A stretch of DNA of 64,000 nt, from positions 96,001 to 160,000 of the forward strand of contig JABCTZ010000026.1 in NCBI GenBank assembly GCA_018238155.1, given 5' to 3'. The notes under the pieces are model-generated. The model was not told the origin of the DNA, searched no databases, and saw only the letters and a program-made list of their open reading frames with translations. The stretch is from Candidatus Heimdallarchaeota archaeon (GTDB taxonomy: Archaea; Asgardarchaeota; Heimdallarchaeia; JABLTI01). The position numbers and the translations under genes were made by a program. Positions 30,513 through 41,456 of the stretch are shown here, in pieces (the first letter of the stretch is position 1; each line of letters opens with the position of its first letter).

Positions 30513-31871
30513 TTATTTTTTGATCGCTATTTTTGACTGATACTCAGAATATATCTGCGAATAGTCTTTTTGCCAGCTATTGATTCCTTCGGGAGAAGTA
30601 GGATAATCTGCAGTCATTTGATTGATTTTTTCAATATAGTTTGGCAATAGATTAAATCGATGATTTGGTAATTGCGTCCAGATTTGTCCCAGTTTTCTTG
30701 AGAGTTGCATTAACTGTTCGTACTCTCGAGCGTAGAAAATTTTATCCATTGGTAAATAACCTTCCGCTAATGCGCGATTTAGTTCCGCATCAGGAATGTT
30801 TTGTAATAATATACGATAAAAATCCAAAATGCTATATCGTAGGCAATATTTCTCTAGAACTTTTTGATTATAGATCCAAAGATCCTCTTCAGAAACAGTT
30901 TGATCAGGAACTACTTTTGCAGCAATTTTTCCAGCAATGTAACCAGAAGCTAAAGATGCTCCGAGTCCACCACCATGTAAAGGATTTACAATCGCTCCTG
31001 CATCACCGATTAGAATAATATTGTCTTTTACATGAGTAGGTATTGGATGTCTTGTAGGAACAAATCCTCCTCCGAAGTTCAGTGTTTTACTAGATTGGAA
31101 CCTGTTTATCATATTTACTTGAAATATTTTTTTCGGAGAAATGTCTTTAATCCATGTTTTAGGTATTCCCGTCCCCATATTGTACTCATTTCCTCCTCTA
31201 TTGAAAAACCACATATACCCTCCTTTTGTAATATCATAACTAAATTCAAAGATAGCACTATCAGAGTATTTTTCTGGTACTTTCCCTTCAAGGGTGCAAA
31301 TTTCTCGATAGCAGTAATATTGTTCGTCATCTTTCACTTTAGCATATTCATCAAAAATTCCAAAATCTTCTCTGATTTTTGAATTGAAACCTGAACCATC
31401 AATAATTAATGGTGCTGATAAAATCAAAGGTTCTGCTTGATTAGTAGTAAATTTTGCTTCTACGACATTTCCTTTTCTCTCTATAGAGTTTAAAGTTGAT
31501 TTATCATATAATGTGATGTGCTCATTTATTGTTTCATTGAGAAGAATTTGACCAAATTTGTGCCGATCAATTATTGCTAATTGTCCTTGAATTGGAATTG
31601 AGAAATCAGTTTTGGTATCAGGGGAAATAATATGGGCCATCTGAATTACATTTCTAACTGCACCATTTTCTCTTAGAGGATAACCAAGGCTTTCTAAAAA
31701 TTCGATGTGTTTTATTCCAATGCCATCTCCACAAATTTTGCTCCCAATTTGGTTCTTTGCTTTTCTATCAACTAAAGCTATTTTCCCTAGACCTTCTTTT
31801 GCTGCGGCATAAGCAGCTAAACAACCGGCTGTTCCAGCACCCACAATAATAATATCAAATGAAGCTTTCAT
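30513..31871 (-). CDS. Geranylgeranyl reductase family FAD-dependent oxidoreductase
   Basis: DIIIVGAGTAG, KICGDG, GYMWFF, IGDAGAIVNPLHGGG; start probably MKASFD. Confidence 0.85.
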   Translation of the reverse strand: MKASFDIIIVGAGTAGCLAAYAAAKEGLGKIALVDRKAKNQIGSKICGDGIGIKHIEFLESLGYPLRENGAVRNVIQMAHIISPDTKTDFSIPIQGQLAIIDRHKFGQILLNETINEHITLYDKSTLNSIERKGNVVEAKFTTNQAEPLILSAPLIIDGSGFNSKIREDFGIFDEYAKVKDDEQYYCYREICTLEGKVPEKYSDSAIFEFSYDITKGGYMWFFNRGGNEYNMGTGIPKTWIKDISPKKIFQVNMINRFQSSKTLNFGGGFVPTRHPIPTHVKDNIILIGDAGAIVNPLHGGGLGASLASGYIAGKIAAKVVPDQTVSEEDLWIYNQKVLEKYCLRYSILDFYRILLQNIPDAELNRALAEGYLPMDKIFYAREYEQLMQLSRKLGQIWTQLPNHRFNLLPNYIEKINQMTADYPTSPEGINSWQKDYSQIYSEYQSKIAIKK

Positions 31872-32035
31872 CAACAAATCCACCAATAAACTCTGTTTAG
31901 CAAGTATGGAAGCTATTGAAATAAAAATTTTACTTCTAATCATTAAGTAACTAATATATTATTCTAGTTTCTTATTAAATTATTAAGAGTAAAGATAAAA
32001 GTAGCTAATACTATCTTATAACTAGGTGAAAATAA

Positions 32036-32524
32036 TTGAAAAAATTAGTCGTTTATTATTCATTTGAAGGTGACACTAAACTCATTGGAGATGCTATTGC
32101 AGAAGAAATTGGTGCAGATGTTTTAGAACTCAAATTATTAAAAGAAGTTAAGAAAAAAGAATATATGAAAAATTACCTCGGAGAAAAACAAGTTCTAATG
32201 AAAACTAAGCCAATTTTATTACCATTTGATATTAAGCCACAAGATTACGATCTAATAATTATTGGCACGCCGATTTGGTCTGGGACATTTGCTCCAGCAA
32301 TTCGAACATTCTTCACTGAAGAGAAATTTAGCGATAAAAAGATAGGATTGTACTATTGTTTTACTGTTAAAGCGGGACTGATATCAGAACATCTAAAGAA
32401 AGAATTAAAAAACAATATCATTTTAGATGAAATCGGTTTTAAAGATCCAAAAAAAATTAATCCTGAAAAGGGAATTGAAAGAGCTAAGAAATGGGCTAAC
32501 AACTTATTAGATAACATTCAATAA
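32036..32524 (+). CDS. Flavodoxin-like protein
   Basis: VYYSFEGDTK, IIIGTPIW. Confidence 0.85.
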   Translation: MKKLVVYYSFEGDTKLIGDAIAEEIGADVLELKLLKEVKKKEYMKNYLGEKQVLMKTKPILLPFDIKPQDYDLIIIGTPIWSGTFAPAIRTFFTEEKFSDKKIGLYYCFTVKAGLISEHLKKELKNNIILDEIGFKDPKKINPEKGIERAKKWANNLLDNIQ

Positions 32525-32624
32525 ACATTTAAACATTGAAATCGGTTCTAGTGCTATTATTATTGAAATGAAAATAATAAAACAAATTCCAATTTGAAGG
32601 GCAGCATATTATTGGTGGATATCT

Positions 32625-33965
32625 ATGAACAAATCAGAGTCTAAACACGATGATAGTATAAACAAGATGAATGATAAGGATGAAGTACCTCTGAAAATAA
32701 CCAAATACAAAGTTGACACTTCAGGAAAATTGTTTTCTTTCATTTCTTCACCAAAAATTCCTTGTGTCTATCGATTTTGGGCTACTTTGAAGGATAATAT
32801 CAATGTCATTGATTTACAAAAAGCAGTCAATAATGTAATGAAACGCTTTCCTTATTATCATGTTACTCTTAAGAAGGGATTTTCTTGGTACTATTGGAAA
32901 AGTACAACAAAGAAAGTACAGGTTTCAATGGAAGGGGAATATCCTTGTCAGTACATACCCATTCGTGAACCAAACACTATTCCATTTAGAGTAATAGCTA
33001 AGAATAATCAAATAATAGTTGAATTTAATCATAGCTTGACTGACGGCACAGGTGCTTTGACTTTTCTAAAATCATTAATAGCAGAATATTATCAAATCCG
33101 AGGGCTATCTTTAACAGATTGGGAAGGAATTTTTAGAGCAGATAAAAAACCAGAAAAAATGGAGACAGAATATTCTGTTCGAAAACACTTTAGATTAGGA
33201 ATACCAAAAGTAGGCAAATTATTCAAGGCATTTCACCTTCCATTCCATAGGGTTAATCATGGAATCTTCTATGTCACAAATGGAAAAATGAATGCTAAGG
33301 ATGTTCTAAAAGTCTCAAAACAATTTGGTGTGACTCTAACTGAGTTTATTGCAGCAGTCTATATTGATGTTTTACAAGATATCCTCCTCAGCTTGCCAAA
33401 AAAACAACAAAAGAAGCTGAAACGACCTATTCGAATAATGGTACCAATTAATATTCGAAATCACTTGCCTTCAAAAACAATGTGGAATTTCACCGCTTTT
33501 GTTGTTCCCGGAATTGATCCTCGATTAGGTGATTTCACACTTCAGGAAATTATTGATCAAGTTCATCATTCCAAAAATTTGCATGCAAATAAGAAATTCA
33601 TTGTACAACAGATATCTTCGTATATGGCCATTGAAGGAAACGTAGGACTCTTTTCTCCACGATTCATCAAAAAATGGATTCTAAGACTTATTTATCGAAA
33701 TTTAGGTGAAAATGTTTTTTCAGCATTTATGACAAATCTAGGCATTACTTCACTTCCTCCGCCATTAAACAAAGAAGTAAAGAGTATTCAACTTCTTCCT
33801 ATGAATCATCCATATGTTAAATCAAGTTGTTCATTATTAACTTATAACAATGAACTCAACATTAATTTTGGAAGATGTTTCGTGGAAAGCATTGTTGAAG
33901 ATAAATTCTTTGCCAAATTACAAGAATTTGGTATCAAGGTAAAAGTTACAAAAACGAATAGTTGA
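32625..33965 (+). CDS. CoA-dependent acyltransferase (alcohol acetyltransferase/condensation-domain-like)
   Basis: EFNHSLTDGTG (HxxxDG), PINIR..LPS.T..NF, TNLG. Confidence 0.8.
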   Translation: MNKSESKHDDSINKMNDKDEVPLKITKYKVDTSGKLFSFISSPKIPCVYRFWATLKDNINVIDLQKAVNNVMKRFPYYHVTLKKGFSWYYWKSTTKKVQVSMEGEYPCQYIPIREPNTIPFRVIAKNNQIIVEFNHSLTDGTGALTFLKSLIAEYYQIRGLSLTDWEGIFRADKKPEKMETEYSVRKHFRLGIPKVGKLFKAFHLPFHRVNHGIFYVTNGKMNAKDVLKVSKQFGVTLTEFIAAVYIDVLQDILLSLPKKQQKKLKRPIRIMVPINIRNHLPSKTMWNFTAFVVPGIDPRLGDFTLQEIIDQVHHSKNLHANKKFIVQQISSYMAIEGNVGLFSPRFIKKWILRLIYRNLGENVFSAFMTNLGITSLPPPLNKEVKSIQLLPMNHPYVKSSCSLLTYNNELNINFGRCFVESIVEDKFFAKLQEFGIKVKVTKTNS

Positions 33966-33970
33966 TGAAA

Positions 33971-34942
33971 TTAATCATTATGAATAATTTCACCAATACT
34001 TTTGAGAACTGCAACTGATTTCTCATCAGTGAGAACCTTGGGTGTTGTATCAACTAATTTTTCAGGTATTTTTTCTAATAATTTGAATTTCAATTTATGA
34101 ATAAAAATTTCAAACAAATAGATTAGTGCAATCCATTCGATATAAAACATAATAACAATATATACTAATGCACCTAGGAAAGCGACTTGTCCAGTGCTTT
34201 GAATTATAGCAATGATGAATGTTATAAATGTAACAAGAGCTAATGAATATGCTGATCCTGTTAAGAGACTCACAAAATAAGTTGAAGGACCCTGGATGTC
34301 TGGGAGTTTTCTTTCACCTTCAGAGCGTTTACGAATAGAAATAATGCCAGCATCATCTAACAACCAAAGGGGAGTTACAACAATAACAGTAATAGGTGAA
34401 AACATAATCGCATAGAGGAATAATAATAAAACAGATACGGTATCTCCAACTGTTTCTCCAAAAAACCAATTACTGAACCAATAACCTATAGAGAAACTCA
34501 ATAAAAAGGGAACAATAGCTCTTCCTAGTACTTCTGGAAATTCAATCAAAGTAGCATCCATTGAAATTAAACTGTATTTGTATTTGCCGAATTTTGCTGC
34601 TTTGTGCAGATAAATATAGAATATGGACAAAAATCTTACGAATAGAATAGATAAGAGTAAAAACAGAAAAGGAAATGTCCAAAAAATAATTATTTCCACA
34701 ATAAAATTGCCTGGAAACCATGAAAGAGCTCCTGTTCTAGCTCCACCATCTTTTTTAATATATAATTCATTAAACACAAAAGCAAAGGTGAGCGATATTA
34801 AAAAAGAAAAGGCTACAAGTACAATACCTATTATCGTGGTCATTTTTCGAGGATCATTTCTTATAACTTCAGGTATTGCAGGTAAATCTGGTAAATCATT
34901 AACAAGATCATTTTCAGGTATTTCTTGAGACATAATAATCAA
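33971..34942 (-). CDS. Multi-pass membrane protein of unknown function
   Basis: 323 aa, about 6 TM segments, PLWLLDDAGI motif. Confidence 0.65.
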   Translation of the reverse strand: MIIMSQEIPENDLVNDLPDLPAIPEVIRNDPRKMTTIIGIVLVAFSFLISLTFAFVFNELYIKKDGGARTGALSWFPGNFIVEIIIFWTFPFLFLLLSILFVRFLSIFYIYLHKAAKFGKYKYSLISMDATLIEFPEVLGRAIVPFLLSFSIGYWFSNWFFGETVGDTVSVLLLFLYAIMFSPITVIVVTPLWLLDDAGIISIRKRSEGERKLPDIQGPSTYFVSLLTGSAYSLALVTFITFIIAIIQSTGQVAFLGALVYIVIMFYIEWIALIYLFEIFIHKLKFKLLEKIPEKLVDTTPKVLTDEKSVAVLKSIGEIIHND

Positions 34943-35075
34943 GTTTATTTGATTTTAATGGTTTAAATGAATAACGCAAGTGGTATATTATACCAAATAC
35001 TCTCACCATCTTACAAAAAATTATAATGCTTAAAGAATGATAAAATATTAGAGCGCATTTATTGAGTGATAGCAA

Positions 35076-36605
35076 TTGAGTAAAGTGGAATTTAAACAAC
35101 TTAGTCCTGCGGATTTCTTCTACCGCAACAGGGAATTAGCTGGTTTTGACACGCCTATAAAAAGTCTCTATACAGCCTTCAGAGAAATATTGGAAAATTC
35201 TTTGGATGGCGCAGAAATAGGCGGTATAAATCCAGATATATTTATTGCAATTAGAAAACGAAGTGATGACGTTTACACGATTTTTATAAGTGATAACGGA
35301 ATAGGCATCCCAAGTAAAAAAGTGCCGGGTGCACTTGCGAAGCTTCTTTTTGGTGGGAAATATGTTGAAAGACAATCTCGAGGGCATTTTGGACTCGGAG
35401 CATCTATGACTGTTCTTTATTCTCAAATTACAACCAATCTGCCAACACGAGTATTAAGTTGTACGAGAGGGAGTAATGAAATTGATGAATATCACCTTAT
35501 GATCAATATCCAGCGAAATGAACCAATCATAAGGTATCACAAAAAATTACCCAACAAAAAGAAATGGCATGGCGTGACTGTTGAAGTCAATATTGAAGGA
35601 GATTATGCACGAGCGCATCCAAAAATCTTGGAATATGTTAAAGCAACAGCCATGGTTGCACCTTATGCAGATATAACATTCATTGATGCCTATGGTACTC
35701 TGTACAAATTCAATAAAGTAATCAACGAAGTCCCAAAACTAGGTGAACCTGTTTTACCACATCCAAGAGGTGTTGATACAGAAAAAATGCTTAGGTTGTT
35801 GAGAGTTGCAAGACAAAGATCAATGAACAAATTTCTCCAAAGTAATTTCCAACGAATAGGAGAAATTACAGCAAAAAATTTCTTGAAATATGTGGATATT
35901 AAATTAGATAAAGACCCGCAAAAATTAGAACACGATGAAATTGTCCGAATAGTTCAAGGAATGAATTCCTTTGAAGATTTTCTCAGCCCAGAAACGAAGT
36001 GTCTCTCTCCAATTGGAGAGGATGTTCTTACAAAAGGAATAGTGAAAGAACTGAAACCGGAATTTATTACAGCAATAACGAGAAGACCACAAGCATATTC
36101 AGGACATCCTTTCGTCATAGAAGTAGCTTTTGCTTATGGAGGAAAAACAATTGAGAAAAGCTCTGAACCGAACTTATTTAGATTTGCAAATAGAATACCT
36201 CTACTTTATGATCAATATGCAGATGTCTCAGCCAAAGTAATTCGAACATTCAACTGGCGAATGTACAAGGTACCAGACAATGCTCAATTAGCAATCATAA
36301 CTCATGTTGCTTCAACGAAAGTTCCTTACAGAACAGCAGGGAAGGAGTCTATTTCTGATCGAGATGAAATTGAACGTGAAGTAAGATTAGCGATGCAAGT
36401 TTGTGCAAGAAAACTTCGAGTGTATCTTTCGAGAATAGATCGAGAGCTAAGACAAGCACAACGAACAAGTATTTTTGAGAAATATGTACCGTACATTGCT
36501 CAATTTGCTACTAGACTCAGTGGAAAGAAGACTGTTCCCTCTACTGACTTTGTTTTAAGAGGAACAAAAGCGGAAAATCATAAAGTCAATTCAGGTGAGA
36601 AATGA
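35076..36605 (+). CDS. top6B: DNA topoisomerase VI subunit B
   Basis: SPADFFYRN, ENSLDG, DNGIGI, QSRGHFGLG, RFANRIPL, KVPYRTAGKE. Confidence 0.96.
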   Translation: MSKVEFKQLSPADFFYRNRELAGFDTPIKSLYTAFREILENSLDGAEIGGINPDIFIAIRKRSDDVYTIFISDNGIGIPSKKVPGALAKLLFGGKYVERQSRGHFGLGASMTVLYSQITTNLPTRVLSCTRGSNEIDEYHLMINIQRNEPIIRYHKKLPNKKKWHGVTVEVNIEGDYARAHPKILEYVKATAMVAPYADITFIDAYGTLYKFNKVINEVPKLGEPVLPHPRGVDTEKMLRLLRVARQRSMNKFLQSNFQRIGEITAKNFLKYVDIKLDKDPQKLEHDEIVRIVQGMNSFEDFLSPETKCLSPIGEDVLTKGIVKELKPEFITAITRRPQAYSGHPFVIEVAFAYGGKTIEKSSEPNLFRFANRIPLLYDQYADVSAKVIRTFNWRMYKVPDNAQLAIITHVASTKVPYRTAGKESISDRDEIEREVRLAMQVCARKLRVYLSRIDRELRQAQRTSIFEKYVPYIAQFATRLSGKKTVPSTDFVLRGTKAENHKVNSGEK

Positions 36606-36606
36606 A

Positions 36607-37731
36607 ATGTCAAAACAAAAACCGGAAAATCATGCAGAAAAAATCAAGGAAAAATCATATGAAAAATTGGTTGCACTTGGAAATAAAATATACAAACAAC
36701 TCCAAGAAGAAAAATATCCTGAATTTGACATGCCATCAAGAACGAGCTCTAACATCTATTATGATGAGAAGACAAGGCAATTTTCACTCGGAAAAAAGAA
36801 AATTAAAAGATCATCAAGAAATGTTAGACATTTAAAACCATTTCTGCAAACAATGTTCGTAGCGATGTTCGCCGCACGAGACCTTTTAGAACCCGGAAGA
36901 ACAAGCACATTAAGAGATCTATATTATTCCTCTGAATCATCATTAGCAAAAATGTTCAAAAGCCAATCTGAATCTGATAACATTATTACAGATGTAGAAT
37001 CAATTATCGGAATGGCTCGAGAAGATTTCAATATTTTTCCAGATGCTCGAAGCACAATTTATGGTGATCTTACAATTTCTTTCAAAGATAAGAAAACAGG
37101 AAATAAACGAGAGATAAATCTCACATTTAACCCAGATGGACAGACAATAGGACCTACAATGGTTCGAAGCGATTTTGAAAAAACATCAGCAAAAAAAGTA
37201 ATCTGTATAGAATCTGGTGGTATGTTTCAAAGATTAATAGAGGAAGATGCTGACGAACAATTTGATGCTATCCTCGTTCACCTGGCAGGCCAAGCTCCTC
37301 GAGGAACTAGACGGATTATTAGAAGGTTAAATGAAGAACTCGGTTTACCTGTCTATGCTTTTGTTGACGGCGATCCATGGGGAATACACATTTACAACGT
37401 CATTGCGGCTGGTAGTGCAAGTGCAGCTCATCTTTCCGGTTTAACCACTCCGGATGCGATTTGGATGGGCTTAACAGCTACAGATATAACCAGATATGAG
37501 CTTCCAACAGATCAATTTTCAAAAGGAGACACAACACGCACTGTTCAATTACTTCGCGACCCCCGTTATCAGAAACCCTATCTCCAAGAAGAACTAAAGA
37601 AATTTCTGAAACTCAAACGAAAGGCAGAGCAGCAATCTCTCACTTCTAAGAGTCTTACTTTTGTTGTCGATGAATATTTGCCCGCAAAATTTAAGGAAAT
37701 TGAAAAGATGAAAAAGGAAGGAAAGTTATAA
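36607..37731 (+). CDS. top6A: DNA topoisomerase VI subunit A
   Basis: STLRDLYY (catalytic Tyr), IESGGMF, GQAPR, DGDPWG, KAEQQ. Confidence 0.96.
   Translation: MSKQKPENHAEKIKEKSYEKLVALGNKIYKQLQEEKYPEFDMPSRTSSNIYYDEKTRQFSLGKKKIKRSSRNVRHLKPFLQTMFVAMFAARDLLEPGRTSTLRDLYYSSESSLAKMFKSQSESDNIITDVESIIGMAREDFNIFPDARSTIYGDLTISFKDKKTGNKREINLTFNPDGQTIGPTMVRSDFEKTSAKKVICIESGGMFQRLIEEDADEQFDAILVHLAGQAPRGTRRIIRRLNEELGLPVYAFVDGDPWGIHIYNVIAAGSASAAHLSGLTTPDAIWMGLTATDITRYELPTDQFSKGDTTRTVQLLRDPRYQKPYLQEELKKFLKLKRKAEQQSLTSKSLTFVVDEYLPAKFKEIEKMKKEGKL
37385..37731 (+). repeat. Diverged direct repeat B, copy 1 (top6A 3' end)
   Basis: Matches 44833-45176 over ~345 bp. Confidence 0.9.
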
Positions 37732-37836
37732 CTAAGAAATCATTTCTTCCTTTTAATATTTAAAATACGATTAATATAGTAGTGAAAACAAAAAAACATA
37801 ATTTTAAATTATTTTTAGTTTCGGAACCTATGAAAG

Positions 37837-38853
37837 CTATTCAATAATAAATCTAACTTCATTACTCACATCAAGTTCATAAGGATCATAATACCTTTCT
37901 TCAGAATTGTCGAAAAATTGTTTTATTATTTTAATTGCTTCAATTGAGCTAATTTCAGCAAGAAAATTAAGAGCAACTTCAATGACTTTATAATGAATAT
38001 CACTTAATCGAGAAACATACACATCGAAGAATTCTTCTTTACCAATTTGCCATTAAGCTTCTAATGCTCGTATTCGATACTTGTAGTAATGTTCACGCTC
38101 AAAGATTTCTTTCCGCTCTATATGAAAAACCAAAACTAAATTTGCATAGTTTTTCACCAGTGGAATTGCTTCTCTAATATTTACTTGTCCAATAATTGGC
38201 AGATAGTATTCAATTTCATAAACATCAATTGGAAATTCACTCTTGCTTGCTTTTTCGTAGAAAGTATTTAATTCATCTAAGATTAATGATATAAAATCCT
38301 GAATCTCAGATGCTTGAATATCTCCTTCCTTGATTTTCTTTGCTATAATTTCCAAAACATCAGGTATTTTATAATCTTTACCAATATCATACCATTCATC
38401 TAAAGTATAAGATAGTATTTTACCCCATAAATTTTTATCTTCTAGTTTTGCCATTACTTTCTCAGTTGTGATTTCCTCCCAATTATCGAATAAATCATCA
38501 TAGGGAACCTTCGTCTTTAATTTCCCTTTTGTTTTTTTGAATGTAGATACAATACATATTATTTCAAATACAAAATGAAAAATGAAGTAAAACATGCTCA
38601 TATAGAAACCGAAGGTAAATCTAACTTTGGGTATATATTCTGCTTGCATAAAGCTATATGGTTGAACAATAGTATACTTGAAAACACCAAAATAAGCTAA
38701 TCCAATTATTCCTAATATCCCACCGATTATTGAAATGATTGCTCCAATTAATAGACTTATTCTAATGTTATTTATTAATGACTTAATCATTATAAAGTTA
38801 ATTTTTTTTGCTTTTCTTAAATTTAGTTGCAATGAATATGCTGGAAATAGCAA
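37837..38853 (-). pseudogene. Membrane-anchored HEAT-repeat-like protein split by an in-frame TAA (38053-38055)
   Basis: ORFs 38053-38853 and 37837-38022 share a frame: RIRALEA*WQIGKEEFFDVYVSRLSDIHYKVIEVALNFLAEI, a HEAT-like unit. Confidence 0.6.
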
Positions 38854-40666
38854 GTATTGAAAATGTTATTATCCAAGAAAATCCTGAATTATTTTCTGTT
38901 GTACTTGTAGAATAACCCGCTTTTGTGACATACTCTTTTGCCTTAATAATATTATGACTATATCTTACGATATTAGGATTCTTCCAAATCCCCATGTTAG
39001 GAAATATTGGGTAATCATTAATGAATAAACTACCATTATAAACGATATTATTGATTTCATCTCGATTAATAGCAAAGGATACTGCTTTTCTAATAGCCAA
39101 TCCAATTGAAATTGAAGGATCATTTATGCATGGTAATCTGTTACCAAAAATAGGTCTCATTTCATGTAGATTATAACCCAAGAGACTCAGACTAGTCTCA
39201 ATCTTCCTTTGAACACTATAATTCGGATTTAATTGATATTGATTAATATCATGATAATTTGTGATTAAATTTAATATGTCAATATAGCCATTATTAAATT
39301 GCTCAGTAGCAGTCTCAACATTTTTTATTATTCTTATACTTAATTGACTTAAATCCCAATTAGCTCCGAATCTATTAACAAAATCCATTCCAGATTTATT
39401 TATTGTTTCATTCATTAACCAGCTGCTATTAAAATTAATAAGTTTAATTTCACTATTGGGAATTATATTATTAATCATTAAACTACTTGTTCCAAAACAG
39501 TTATCTGAGAATTTCCCCCAAGAACTATCATTAATGTTAGGAGTAACACCATCAGCTATTTGTGTTTGATTTAAATAATGTTCAGGAAGAATATTTTGAG
39601 TAAGTGTTGATAGGAATTCTGGATACAGATTATTTTCAACAGTGGTTGAGTCGCCATCAATGAAAAAATCAATGATATGTTCATCAATAATTGACATTTC
39701 TTCAATCCATGAGTAATCCTCTGAATTTGTTGCTAGATTTTTCCAGCAATAATAAGTGAAGAAAACATCTTCAGCAGTTAAATATTCATTAGTATAAATC
39801 CCATCTGGATCTTGTTGCCATTTAATTCCTTCGCGTAGATGAAATCTTATATGTGTGTCATTTATGTATTCCCAATTTAATGCTAGATGAGACCAAACAT
39901 TTCGATAGTCATCATAAAATATGAGTGGGTCCATAGTCAATTCATTTACAAAGGCTGAAGTAGAATCATATGAGAATAAAGGGTTAAAATCAGTCCAATT
40001 AGGAGAATTTATTATTAATTCATCAGTTGAATTTTGGTTTGGGTGTAAAGATGTCCATTTCATTTTACCCCAAGATTGCTTAATCCCTTCTGTGATATTA
40101 TAACCTGAAAGTGTTGACCAAATTGCTTCATTGAACCATGTTCCAAATGTGTACAATGCAGGATTTATTTCATCCATTAAATATTGTTGCCAATTCCAAT
40201 AATGTTGAATTCGTTCATTTGAGTTAGGTGGCATTAATATTTTTCCACAATCTAAATACCATTGGTTCATGCCCTTATCATATGTAGAACTATAATCTAA
40301 TGTAGAATCATAGGAAAAAATATTGAGTTCACCATTTTCTCCATAAACATTCGAAAAATCTGGATCATTTCCCGAACCAGCAAGATTAAAATAGCATATA
40401 TCAAAATTTTTAAAAAACAATATTTCATTTATGAAATCTGACCAACTTAAGAATTCTGCCTCTATATTTATACCAATTTTCTGAAGCTGGATCTTAATCA
40501 AATCTGCTATTTCTCTTTGAGAATCAAAATCTCTCATCTTCAATGTAAGTGTAAAAAAAGCATCAGAAGTAGCTGCATCTAAAGTTAAATTTTGATAAGG
40601 TGATAAAAAAAGTATCATGTATAAAATAAAAATGATATAATTTTTACCCTTGAATAACCTTCTCAT
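38798..40666 (-). CDS. ABC transporter substrate-binding protein, family 5
   Basis: QLQKIGINIE, FHLREGIKW, LTAEDVFFTY, IRKAVSFAINRDEI, C-terminal TM anchor. Confidence 0.85.
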   Translation of the reverse strand: MRRLFKGKNYIIFILYMILFLSPYQNLTLDAATSDAFFTLTLKMRDFDSQREIADLIKIQLQKIGINIEAEFLSWSDFINEILFFKNFDICYFNLAGSGNDPDFSNVYGENGELNIFSYDSTLDYSSTYDKGMNQWYLDCGKILMPPNSNERIQHYWNWQQYLMDEINPALYTFGTWFNEAIWSTLSGYNITEGIKQSWGKMKWTSLHPNQNSTDELIINSPNWTDFNPLFSYDSTSAFVNELTMDPLIFYDDYRNVWSHLALNWEYINDTHIRFHLREGIKWQQDPDGIYTNEYLTAEDVFFTYYCWKNLATNSEDYSWIEEMSIIDEHIIDFFIDGDSTTVENNLYPEFLSTLTQNILPEHYLNQTQIADGVTPNINDSSWGKFSDNCFGTSSLMINNIIPNSEIKLINFNSSWLMNETINKSGMDFVNRFGANWDLSQLSIRIIKNVETATEQFNNGYIDILNLITNYHDINQYQLNPNYSVQRKIETSLSLLGYNLHEMRPIFGNRLPCINDPSISIGLAIRKAVSFAINRDEINNIVYNGSLFINDYPIFPNMGIWKNPNIVRYSHNIIKAKEYVTKAGYSTSTTENNSGFSWIITFSILAISSIFIATKFKKSKKN

Positions 40667-40876
40667 TTTCTCACCCAGATGATATATTCATCTTTAGATA
40701 TTTAAATTTATACCTTTTTAAAAATCTTATTCAGAGGATACAAGTAAAATAATAACGATTAAACATTATCTGAAAAAGTTAAATGTAAGTCATTGGATTA
40801 GTAAAAACAATGATAATTGTAGATTTTTACGGAAAATACTACAAGCAATGTAATTCGATTAATAATAAATTATCAT

Positions 40877-41302
40877 ATGGATGTTAAATTGATGAGTATG
40901 TTGAAAAAAACACAATTAATGAAGAAAACAATCATATTTGTATTTTTAATAGGGTTATTAGTTGGCTTTATCACAATAATGCATGTTAAAGCGAGTGCTC
41001 CACGAGAATATCATGGGTATGTATTTGATCGAAATACACATAATGCATTACAAAATGTTCATGTGACATTATGGGTGACAGTTTTTCCTGATCCAACTCA
41101 TGGATCAATCAAAGATTCTGATTATACAAATAGTATAGGATATTATTATGTTGATTGGGAACCTTGGTTGGGAGGCAATAATTACTATTCAGTCTTTATT
41201 CATTATGAAAAAAGTGGATATATGTCTAGATGGATCGAACTTGAATACCCTGAGCATCTTGGAGGATTATTACCTGCAATGTATTTAAGAGCCTATTATT
41301 AA
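40877..41302 (+). CDS. Small secreted protein (carboxypeptidase-regulatory/prealbumin-like beta fold)
   Basis: Signal peptide ending VKA; G.V.D..T..AL.NV.V.L...T...GYY...K.GY pattern. Confidence 0.6.
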   Translation: MDVKLMSMLKKTQLMKKTIIFVFLIGLLVGFITIMHVKASAPREYHGYVFDRNTHNALQNVHVTLWVTVFPDPTHGSIKDSDYTNSIGYYYVDWEPWLGGNNYYSVFIHYEKSGYMSRWIELEYPEHLGGLLPAMYLRAYY

Positions 41303-41456
41303 ATCAAATAGGCATATTTCTTTTTTTCTTTCAAACATTAATTTCATTTGAAAAACCAATAATATATATTGATCTAAGGATACTGAACTTTAGCTTTAAA
41401 TTGTTAGTAGATAATATAGAAATGTTATAAAGTAACTATAGTTATAATAAATACTC

